A DNA stretch of 64,000 nucleotides, taken from Haliotis rufescens. Taxonomy: Eukaryota. The stretch spans positions 85,064,001-85,128,000 of the forward strand of contig NW_025963779.1 in NCBI RefSeq assembly GCF_023055435.1, written 5' to 3'. The translations under genes and the position numbers were made by a program. Positions 24,784-37,100 of this stretch are shown piece by piece. The notes below the pieces were generated by a model. That model did no database searches. It saw nothing but the letters and a program-made list of their open reading frames with translations, and was not told the origin of the DNA. Position 1 is the first letter of the stretch, and every line of letters begins with the position of its first letter.

Positions 24784-25030
24784 ACAACAAAACAACATCA
24801 ACAACACAACAACACTCTGCTGTATTTATTTTCAAGAAATAGTACAGTAGCATATTTAGAGTAGCACTTGTAACAATCAAGCTGTGATGTCCTGGGTCAG
24901 GATACGCTCACCTTTATTTGTCTCGTGTCGTCCAAACCCAAGTCAAACATGTCGTTTCAGAGCAAGATACATAAATCAGACACCACATTGTCAATCACAT
25001 GCCTCGTCACAGTAGAGTGAAGAGGACCTT

Positions 25031-25095
25031 GTCCAGGTATCTTTCAGTCCAGGTATCTTTCAGTCCAGGTATCTTTCAGTCCAGGTATCTTTCAG
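25031..25095. repeat. 16-bp tandem repeat x4 in the POLR2M 3' UTR
   Basis: (GTCCAGGTATCTTTCA)4. Confidence 0.9.
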
Positions 25096-25117
25096 ACCAT
25101 GTTTAGGTCCATGTCGA

Positions 25118-28100
25118 TCAATCGTCATTGTAACCACCCATTTCCGGTTCATCATCACTGTCTGTGTCAGAGGCTGGCACACGGTAACTGGTAGGGTTAA
25201 GGAAGCATTAATTGCTCAAAGATAGTTTCAAGCTGAAATAAACTACTTTCATCTAAAATATAGAACCTTATCCCTTATTGTGTGTGTGGTGCATGTGATC
25301 CAGGTCCAGATATTGTGAACAATGATCCACGCCATCTGGGTACGAAGACACACAATAAACCGCTCACCCCTTTAAGCCACATCCTACGACCAGCATACAT
25401 TGCTGGGGACCTATTGTGACCTGGAATTTGAGCACATAGAAAGGATACTCCATGTTGGTTCCCTCTGGGTTGTAGTCGTCCAGCCGGATGTGGAGGCGGC
25501 CCGCCAGCCTCTCCGTCGCCTGTCTCATCATCAGCTCCTTGGAGACAGAAGGACCATCATTGTACACAAACATCAGTAGTGAGGTCAAGTGAGTGAGCTA
25601 AAATTTAAGTTTGCATCGGCATTATTTCAGCCATATATGAAACATCAGTTGTATGCCCCCTACATAAACATCAGTAGTATGCCCCCCTACATAAACATCA
25701 GTAGTATGCCCCCCTACATAAACATCAGTAGTATGCCCCCCTACATAGACATCAGTAGTATGCCCCCCTACATAGACATCAGTAGTATGCCCCCCACATA
25801 AAAATCAGTAGTATGCCCCTCTACATAGACATCAGTAGTATGCCCCCCTACATAGACATCAGTAGTATGCCCCCACATAAACATCAGTAGTATGCCCCCC
25901 TACATAAACATCAGTAGTATGCCCTCCTACATAAACATCAGTAGAATGCCCCCCTACATAGACATCAGTGGTATGCCCCCCTACACAGACATCAGTAGTA
26001 TGCCCTCCTACATAAACATCAGTAGTATGCCCCCCACATAAACATCAGTAGTATGCCCCCCTACATAAACATCAGTAGTATGCCCCGACGTTTACATTCA
26101 ATAACAGAAGCAGCTGTCCCCTGATGTAAACTGTTTTTGAGACAGTAAGTGACCCCTATAATTATAATGAAATAAACATTAATCAACATTTATGGGCCCC
26201 TTGTCCCTACTGAGAGAAAATATCCTGCGTCAATCTATAAAATACTGTGAGAATCCTGCAAGGCGGCTGCCTCGTCAGAACATTGTGTAGCCCTACCCCA
26301 TGCTGCTTCCTCTGCTGTGAGACGAGCTGCAGTGACTCCTCCACAGATATCAGCACACTCTTGTCATGCTTGTAGTCCGGCAGTACCACCGCGGACTCGT
26401 CCTTGGGCCTGGACTTTAAAGAGTCCACTGAACTCTCTGCCTTCCTCTCAGATCCAACTGACACTCCTGAGCTTTGACTGACCTTCAACCTGTCCTGTTT
26501 TGATCTGAACTTATATACTTCTGGTAGGTCTTCCACCTTTGATATTTTTAAAGTGCTGAAAGTAAGGGTGGTTGAATTAACTCAACAAAGACTGATACAA
26601 ATTTCCTGATGAAGTAATTTGTCTGTACTATTTGTACAGAACTGTATGAAACAATAACTAAAGGGTGTCTGCGTGTACATCAATAATCCATGATATGCTT
26701 AAACACAGAATCTGTAACTTGTAATTCCTATATGCCTGAACCATATCTTTGAAAAATATAAAACTTGAAGATAATAAAACAAATATATCTCTAACAAAGA
26801 AAACAACAAACTAGTGGACTAAAAATGTTAGTTTCTGCCGCTAATAAAAGACACAATACAAAAATGATATACATCCTTACATAACTTTACATCTGAGGTA
26901 TAGTTCAGTATCTGAACCAGCCTAATTTAAATAACTTTACATGAGGTATAATTCAGTATCTGAACCAGCAGAGTTTACATAACTTTACATCTGAGGTATA
27001 ATTCAGTATCTGAACCGACATAGTTTACATAACATTACATCTAAGGTATAGTTCAGTATCTGTACCAGCATAGTTTACATAACGTTACATCTAAGGCATA
27101 ATTCAGTATCTGAACCAGCATAGTTTACATAACATTACATCTAAGGCATAATTCAGTATCTGAATGAGTATAATTTACCTGTTTGGTTTGAATGCTTTCT
27201 TTAGTGGTGTTTGTTCATTCGCCTTTTTGATAACACGTTCGTAACTGTTGATGTACGCATCCTCTCCCACAGATACACGATGATCAGTAGATATAGTCAC
27301 CCGCTCCAAAACCTCACTCAGTCTGTCACTCACATCCATAGCAGTGGACTTATCTCCCCTTAGTTCAGTGTCATTTCTTGTGACAGAAGCTTCACACACG
27401 TCAGCTTCATTTTTGGAGTTGTCTCCCTCTTGCTGCACTTTCCTCTCTTGATTTGTCTCAATAGCTGCGACTTTCTTGTCTCTATGCCTGTTGGAAGTCT
27501 GTTTGTCTCCATGACCTGATATTGTCACACCCTCTAGAGTTGCAGCTGCCCGTTCTATTTCCTCTCTCTGGGCAATCAGTGTCCTCAAGGTTTGGGCAAA
27601 GGTTTTCACTTTGACCCCCTTATCTGGTAATGTTTGAAGAAATTTCCTGTAGATCAAACATAACATTTGTGAGATTGACAGAAGTGGAATTGTATGGAAT
27701 CAAAAAATATATGGATATCAATGTGACCACCAAAACAAGTGTTATCTTCTTTTTTTTAAACGAACAGATCTATTAACAGCAAAACAAATATCAAATATTC
27801 ACTTTGTCGACACTGTCTGTTTATCAAATACTCACCATGCTAACAATGTTTGTTTATCAAATATTCACAAGATTGACAGTATTTATCAAATATGTCTGAT
27901 TATAAAATATCTACCATGTCGACAGAGATTTTGTTTATCAAACATTTAACATGTCGAGAGTGTTTATGAAATATCCACCATGTTGACAGTGTTTATCAAA
28001 GATTCACCTTGTTGTCAGTGTTTATCAAATATTTATTCCAACATGTCTCTTTATCAAATATTCACCATGTCCACAGTGTTTGTTTATGAAATATCCACCA

Positions 28101-31100
28101 TGTCCACAGTGTTTGTTTATGAAATATCCACCATGTACACAGTGTTTGTTTATGAAATATCCACCATGTTGACAGTGTTTGTTTCTGGAATATCCACCAT
28201 ATTGACAGTGTTTATCAAAGATTCACCTTGTTGATAGTGTTTATTTATCAAATTTTGTTTTGCCTAATCTCCTAACTGACTTGACTAAAGGACCATGTAG
28301 GATAAGGGCCCTTAATGGCCCACAGTAGCTGCAGAACTTAATAATTAAGCAAGACCTTTACAAATTGTTAGGAATATTTCAACAATTGAATGTTTGGTTC
28401 TTACAAGACAAAACGCATAGGTAAAATGTAGTGACAAAATTATCTACCAGACAATCTAAGTATCCAACAGAATTTTGACAAGTCTATATGAATTTTAAAT
28501 AGCCTTGGAATAATGTAATAGCATATTTATTTTGTTTGTTGTTAAACCCTGCACTCAGCAATTTTCCAGCTATATGGCAGTGGTCTGTAAATAATCGAGT
28601 CTGGACTAGACAATCCAGTGATTGACATAATGAGCATCAATCCACACAATTGGGATATGATGACATGCATCAACCAAGTCAGCAAGCCTTATCACCCGAT
28701 CCCGTTGGTCGCCTCTCATGACATGCACAGTCACCTTTTACAGCAAGCATGGGTTGCTGAAGACCTATTCTACCCCTGATCTTCAAGGGTGGTGATAGCA
28801 TAGACATCGCACATTAAGAACACTAGTGATAGCATAGACATCTCACACTAAGAACACTAGTGACAGTACAGACATCACACACTAAGAACACTAGTGATAG
28901 TATAGACATCGCACACTAAGAACACTAGTGATAGCATAGACTTCGCACACTAAGAACACTAGTGATAGCATAGACATCTCACACTAAGAACACTAGTGAT
29001 AGCATAGACATCGCACACTAAGAACACTAGTGACAGCATACACATCGCACACTAAGAACACTAGTGATAGCATAGACATCGCACACTGAGAACACTAGCG
29101 ATAGTATAGACATCGCACACTAAGACCACTAGTGACAGCTTAGACATCGCACACTAAGAACACTAGTGATAGCATAGACATCGCACACTAAGAACACTAG
29201 TGACAGCATAGACATCGCACACTAAGAACACTAGTGACAGCATAGACATCGCACACTAAGAACACTAGTGATAGCATAGACATCGCACACTAAGAACACT
29301 AGTGCTAGCAAAGACATCGCACACTAAGACCACTAGTGATAGCATAGACATCACACACTAAGAACACTAGTGATATAATGAACCATTTCCAACAAGTACA
29401 ATCCATGTCAATTTTTTAAGACAATGACAATCTAAAAGTACAGCCGGTAACAGCTTGGCCTCATTAAAATGGTAATAATGTCCCCACCTGTTGAATATGA
29501 TAAGTTTACTCTGTGGGAAACTAATTCATTATGAAACACAGTATTTTGCATATTGCCCAGTCATCTTTATTCATGCATAGCTCAGTGCAGCTGTCGAATA
29601 CTAATCCCATACAATTCAACAACAATACACATAAATTGATAATCTTTGTTCTTTTGTGTGGCATTAGGTGAAGTGAAATGGGGTTTTATGTTGCCTTCAT
29701 GATTATTGCACTTAAATGACATATACATGATAGATGTATGTGGGAGTGTGTGCCTTCTTGTGATAGTCTGGACTAATGCTGGTATATAGCGTTAGCCCAC
29801 TGACACACCATGAACACCCCTCTCAGACACAGTATACCGACTCCGAAACAACTATTGCTTGTTTTAGCCCCTAATGCTAAAATCACCTTTAACACGACCA
29901 TCCACTCACCAGGCAGACACCCTATGTGAAGGATAAAGCACTCCTCCTAGGTTATGGTCAAGGAGTGAGTGAGTGAGTGAGTTGGGTTTAACGCCGCTTT
30001 TAACAGTGTTCCAGTTATATGACGGCGTGTCAGCTTAATGTGGGAGGAAAGCCCGAAGTGATGCAGGTCTCAGACGTTTACCACTTCGGGTATGGTGCTG
30101 ACAAACCTAGAAACATAATCGGGGTGAACCGGGATTCTGGCGTGCCCAAGGGACGCAACTCTGCACAGCAAATCGTGGCGCCTTAGACGACTGGGCCACC
30201 CATGCCCCCTATGGTCAAGGAAGTAAGACCGAGGTAAGAGGGTATTTGCTCCTCGGTTTTACATTGCCGATAAAATGACTGGCGAGGTCTTACTTCCTCG
30301 ACCATAACTGAGGTGGAGTGCTTTATCTCACTTATAAACCGTCCAAATGTTAGAAATAACAGAAAAATACGAGAAAACATCAAGATATCTAATAGTGAAA
30401 CAATACAGTGTGTCGCGGTATAAAAGGAATGCAATCAAAGCGTGTGAGATAGTGTAACCGGGTTTGTGTTGGCGAATACAAGGTCCAACACAGGCTACGG
30501 GTGTGAGTCTTTATTGCCTTATTAGTAGATAACAATGACACCCTGTAATGTACAAACAATAAGATTATAAAAACAGTAGTACACAGGTTTCATACACACA
30601 TATATTAATACAATACAAAGCAACCTTTCATTTAATATAAACATAGTCTATATTCATTACATCAACATGAACTTAATAATCAATGATATATAAAATCATT
30701 ACCTTACCCTGAAGTAAACAAACGATTGATCAAGGGCGATAACTCGATCCCGACATTACTGATAAGATTACAATATATATATGGTCCACGGTTCCAACAT
30801 ACAATGAACATTACAAATTCAATTACCACTTTGTTGAAACTACTATATTAATTCATTACCTGATCATACATTTGGTATGATACACTATTTACAAAATATA
30901 CTTCATGACACAACAAACATGTAAATTATGCGTACCCTGTGGGTGACACTGGGGTGTTTGTCCTCTCTAGGCAGCCGCCTGGCGTGGTAGCTTTGTAGCT
31001 GTCAGCACGCTCCTAATTACAGAATCAACTATGAATAAATGTAACATACAGAATACAATTTAGGAAATATAACTAACTACTAACTACCATACAATGATTG

Positions 31101-34100
31101 ACATTGCATACAAATTCAGTATTTACACAATGATAAAAATCAACGCATTCACTCAAACATTCACACACAGGAAGAAGAAGGATGACAAGCATTTATAGTG
31201 TTTACTTAGCCTTATTTAATTATTAACTTAGTAATATGGTGACACAATCACCATACCAAAGATAAGCATGTTAATAATACTGAAATTACATTCCACATAA
31301 CTTAGATAACATAAGTTATATTATTATACAAATACATAGATATTAGCTAGCAATTTTATAGATTACTAACCTTAATAATCGAATTATTTATCCCAGATCT
31401 GTCCGAGTCCAAATTGTTGACTGACTTCTGAATTGGTGTATTGTCAAGTGCAAGATGGATGAAAAGTGCACAGTTTGAACAAGCCAATGAAAACAAGGCT
31501 TGGGTTAGAACAAAGAGGAGAAACAATGACACAAACATAGACCAACCCAACCACCCTCTACATTATAAGTAAACTAATCCAGAAGCCCATAATATATATT
31601 GAATTAAGAACCTACTTTCCTAACAACTTAAAATAACATACAAACCTAAAGGACCTCAAATAGATAAAACATATATACAACAAAACTGTATGTTAATACT
31701 TGTGTCTGCCACATACTTCCCCCCACAGGAAAATGATGTCTCATCATTTGACCTTGCCGCTGACAAGATCGAGAAGAGTATCAGCCACTCGGTGTCGCTG
31801 ATCCCGGAATCTATCATCAGCTAGCAGAGAATTGAGATAGTTGGCTCTGGCAAGCCATTCTGGATTTCCAGGATCACTTATGGCAGAAAGAACATATTCT
31901 CCACTTCTCATCCAGTTGGGCTGTGACCTGGTTCTGGTTGACCGCCGTGGCTGAGAAGCATCTTCTGGCTGCAAATTGGGTTGTTCTTCTCTGTCATCCT
32001 CACTACCTGTGGCCCCAGTCTCAGATCTGTCTTCATCTTGCTCGTTCTGGTGAACAGTATTATCAGTTGGCTCTTCTTCTTCCCTCCCTTCTTCAGTAGG
32101 AGTCTCATCTCCTTCTAAAGCTTCTTCTGACTCTCCTTCAGTTGGCCTTTCCACTGTGATCTCAGTAGGAACTGAAGGTTCTGAAGAACGGGTATAGCCA
32201 ATTGCTGATTCCTCATCAGACAGATCTTCACTTGTTTCGACAGCCGTGTTCTTCCTCGGCTTAGGCACAGGTATTGGTACTTGTCGTCGTCTGGGTTTAA
32301 TGGCTGGTGGCATTTTGACTGGCAAAGAACTAACTGGCAGCAAGAGGTTACGATGTAGCACTCTATTTCTTCCCTCTCCATTCTCCTTTCCAACCTCAAA
32401 GACAGGTATCGATGGATTTGGATGGCGCAGCACAACATATACATCTTCCTCCCATCTGTTAGCTAATTTATGTCTTCCATCAAAGGCCACAATCTTTACA
32501 AGGACTCGATCTCCTGGTTCCAACATTGCAGCTCTGGCCCTCTGGTCATAGTAAGTCTTCTGCTTGGCCTGAGATTTCTGAGATGCTGTTGAAGCTATGT
32601 CATAGGCTTGCCTCAAACGGTCCTTCAAGGATTTGGTGTACTCTGTTATGGACTTGCTTTCCTGAATTTCCATGTCCAATCCAAAAATAAGATCAACTGG
32701 AAGTCTTGGATGTCTTCCAAACATCAAGAAGAAGGGAGCTACAGATGTTGTCTCATGGCGGGTACAGTTGTAGGCGTGGACGAGTGGACCTACATGCGCC
32801 TTCCAGTTCTTCTTTTCATTTGGTTCCAAAGTACCAAGCATGTTACAAAGAGTACGGTTGAACCGTTCTGTCATCCCATTGCCCATTGGATGGTATGGCG
32901 TTGTCCGGGACTTTTCTATTTTCAGAAGCTGGCACAATTCCTGCATCACCTTCCCTGTAAAATTGGCTCCTTGATCAGAATGGATTCTTTTTGGAAGACC
33001 ATAATGGATGACAAAATTGCTGAAAAAGGCTTCTGCTGTTGTTTTTGCTGACATGTTCTTGGTTGGGTAGGCTTGGGCGTAGCGAGTGAAGTGATCTGTC
33101 ACAACCAAGACATGTTCTATTCCTCCTTTAGAGGGTTCTAGGGAAAGGAAGTCCATGCATACAAGCTCTAGTGGCTCGGAAGTCTTGATGCTGATTAAGG
33201 GAGCTTTGATGTTGGTTGGAGTTTTCCTCCTTAGACAACACTCACAATGTTTTAGGTGGGTCTCCACGTCACGTGTTATCCCTGGCCAGTAGAATCTGTC
33301 CTGTAGAAGTGATACAGTCCTGTCTCTTCCAGGGTGTCCAACATTGTCATGGAGGCTCCTCATTGCCGCAGTTCTTAATCTAGAGGGTAGAACTAGCTGT
33401 TCCCGGTCTACGCCATTAACACTGGCGACTCTGTATAGAACTCCTCGCTTGAGTTTGAACTGACTGTAGTTCTTCATCAATGATGTCATTTCAGGATCCT
33501 TCAGGTAGTTCATCCGGTCTGGTCTTGCTCCATTCCTCAAGTGTGTGATAATTTCTACTAGGGCTTGATCTTTAGCCTGTGATCGTCTCCAGTCTCTGGC
33601 ATTCTGTTCACATCTGTCCTCAGTTAAGTCAAGGTCTTCATCTTCAACCACATCTGCAGAGAGGCACAAACTTTCCACAAGATTCGTCACATGGGTTGAA
33701 TGACAAATAGCTGTGACATAATCTTTGGCAATCTCATCCATGTCATCATGGTCTTCCTTGACTGGTAACCTAGACAGAGCATCGGCATCACTGTTGGATT
33801 TCCCAGGGCGGTACTTAATGCTGAAATTATAGCTGGAGAGAGCAGCAAGCCATCTATGACCTGTGGCGTCTAATCGAGCACTAGTCAGCACATAGGTCAA
33901 TGGATTGTTGTCGGTAATAACCACAAATTCATGACCCCACAAGTAGTCATGAAACTTCTCTGAGATAGACCATTTCAGACACAAAAACTCCAGCTTGTGT
34001 GCTGAATAATTTCTCTCAGAACGACTGAGTCCTCTACTTGCATAAGCTATTACTCGTGGCTGTCCGTCCTGCACCTGGTAGAGTACTGCACCTAATCCAT

Positions 34101-37100
34101 GACCACTGGCATCTGTATGTAGTTCAAAGGGCTTGGTACAGTCAGCATATCCCAGAATTGGTGGCATGGAGAGTCGCTGCTTTAGTTCGTTGAAAGCACT
34201 CTGTTGGGCTTCCCCCCACATCCAGTTAACGTCCTTGGGTTGCTTTGACTTCTTTGAAGCTGACTTTGGCATTAACTCTGAAAGTGGTTTGGCAATTTTG
34301 GCAAAATCTTTGATGAATTTTCTGTAATAGCCAGCGAATCCTAGAAATTTCCTGACTTGTTCCGGGCTGGAAGGAGTTGGCCAATGTTGCACTTTGTCAA
34401 TTTTCTCAGGGTCAGCTTCAATTCCATGTTCGGAAACAATGTACCCCACATACCGAACTTTTCTTTTGAAGAACTTGCACTTCTTGGTGGCGAGTTTGAG
34501 CCCACATTCTTGTATCCGCTGGAAAACTTGTTTGAGTCGTTCAATATGTTCTTCATACGTGTTAGAGAATATGATCAAATCATCGAGATAGATCAAACAG
34601 ATGTTTAGGTGTAGACCTTCAAGGCATCGTTCCATGAGACGCTGGTAAGTGGCTGGGGCGTTGGTAAGTCCAAATGGCATACGATTGTACTCGTAGAATC
34701 CTAGAGGTCCTACAGTGAAGGCAGTTCTTTCTTTATGAGCTTCCTCGATCTCCACCTGGTGATAACCACTTTTCATGTCAAGGACTGAGAAGAACTTGTT
34801 TCCACCCAAACAATCCAGTAAGTCTTCAATCCTCGGCAGAGCGTAGGAATCTTTAATGGTTCGGTCATTAAGCTGGCGAAAATCTGCACACATCCTGAGA
34901 CGCCCATCTTTCCTTCTGGCAAGTACAATATTGGATGCCCAAGGACTGTGTGACTTCCTGATTACTTCAGCTGAGAGTAGTGTTTGAAGATGGTTCCGAA
35001 CTTCATCATACATTGCAGGTGGTATTCGGCGATGTCTCTGTTTGAAGGGAACTTCATCAACAATATCTATCCGATGATGCACCATGTTGCTACATCCAAT
35101 GTCATCATCATGTTTGGAGAAGATGTCTGTGAACTTCATGATGATGTCAAGTCCCATCTGTATCTCTTCCCTTGTCAGGTCAGTGTCATCAACATCGACT
35201 TGGTTGATGATGTCATCTGGGTCACCTTGTTCTCCAGGGGTAGCTCCGGAATAGATACAGGCTGAATCTCACACAACAGAGCTCTAGGAGGGACAACTAC
35301 TGTTCTAGTTGTAATGTTAGAGATGTGCACGTCCACTGGGTTCCGACTGTCATAGTTGTAAGATATAAGCGTAGGTGCTATGTCCAAATCCCGTGGTAAT
35401 GAAGCAAAGCTGGTAGGTTGGAGTAAAGCACATATGACTGGTGAATTGAACCCCTTGGTTACTTGTCCTTTGATAACCATGTTGGTGTTGGGTGGAATGA
35501 TGAGGTTCTTGTTCTCTGTGCTGCGAACAAATCCAAGGCAGTGTCCTCGTCGCTCCAGTTCTTTATCCCGTAATGCTAAAGTCCTGTAGGCTAAGTACCA
35601 AGGAGTGTGGAGATTGGCCTTCTGAAGAAAACGTGCTCCGTGTTGTAACTTACACTCATTCAAGAAATGCTGCAACACATTAGTTCCAAGTAAAGCGGGT
35701 ACCTTGGCATTGTATCTTGTTTCAGGAACAATTAACATGAGGCATGAATCCGAAGTTTTGCTTATTCCTCCACCAATGATATTGAGTCTTACACTCACAT
35801 ATCCAAGATATGGAAGCTGTTCCCCTCCGGCACACTCAATATCCAAGATATCACTGATTGGTTCCAAGGGCAAAGACTGTAAATTATTCTTGTAAAATGT
35901 CTCAGATATGATAGAGACTGTAGCACCAGTGTCCAACAGAGCACGAACAGGAAATCCTTCAATGCTGATCTCAACTTCTGTGGCATCTCCTACTAGTCCG
36001 TCTGGAATCTCTTTATACTTGGGGCGCCCAATAAAGCCTAATGGTTGCCCCCTCCCATAGGCCTGGCCAAGTTTAAAGGGCATCGAAGATGGTCCAGTCT
36101 CACTCTACACCCAACTGCAATATGTCCAGGGTATCCACAGCGGTAACAATAGATGGGTTCCTGTGGTTCTGGCGGCAATCCATACCCATCAACTTGAGGG
36201 GGTTGTGGTGGTGGAATATGCTGGGGCATATATGGCGCTTGTGGCCTTGGAGGCGCAGGCTGACTGTAAGAATGCTGTTGCTGAGGCATAACAGATGGCA
36301 TCTGGGACTGGAACGAGCTTGTCGGATGTGATGGTCCATTCCGTTTCCCATAATGTTTGCTGTTCCTCCTCCAGGAAGTCTGAGGAGTACCTTGAGAGGC
36401 TGGTGATGGTTGATGAGGCTGTTGAAAAAATACTTGAGCTGAATGTTGACGTTGCTCCTTTAGGTCAGCTAGCTCTGTCTGGATATCCCTCATCATGGCT
36501 TTAAGATCCATCACTTCTTCCTTAGTAGCAACAGCAGAAGAAGAGTCAGAGGTAGAGGCCATCTTTATGGTTGCTGTCTTCTTTCCTGTGCTGTGACTTT
36601 GATCCCGCTTCATGTCAAACTCAACTTCCCTTAAACATAGTCGAAGCTCATCAAAGTTGAAGATGTTATCATACTTGTGGGCAGCAAGGCTCTTCAGTTC
36701 AGGCTTAAGGCCATCCCACATCTTGCTTCGGAGCATTTCATCCTGTTCCTCAAAGTTCATCTGACGTTGGGAGGCTATCTGGTACATGAGGTTCTCCAGC
36801 CGGCAACCCCATGCTGTAACATCTTCCTTGTCTCCTTGGAAAGTACCATAAAACTGTGACATCAGGGTCTCCTTCCTTCTCAAAGTTCCAAAAGCAGAAT
36901 GGATCTTGAACAAGAGGTCCTCTACTGTGGCAGTGTGTCCAAGCTTCATGGCAACCAGTGCGGCTTCTCCCTTCAAAGATTTTCTGATAACCTGGAGTAT
37001 AACATCTAGAGAATGAGTCTTTGACTGTAGAAGACAGTCAACTTCATATTTCCACAAGTCATATGGAGTGTCCTTTCCAGTCTCTCCGCTAAAGAATGGT

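Noticed and set aside
31356-31550. 64-aa hydrophobic ORF (also at 39629-39823) as an env remnant
   Set aside because: It lies inside the LTR, starts at TTG, is short, and is duplicated only because the LTR is.
32246-36859. Plus-strand and alternate-frame ORFs overlapping gag/pol
   Set aside because: Shadow ORFs with no recognisable motifs.
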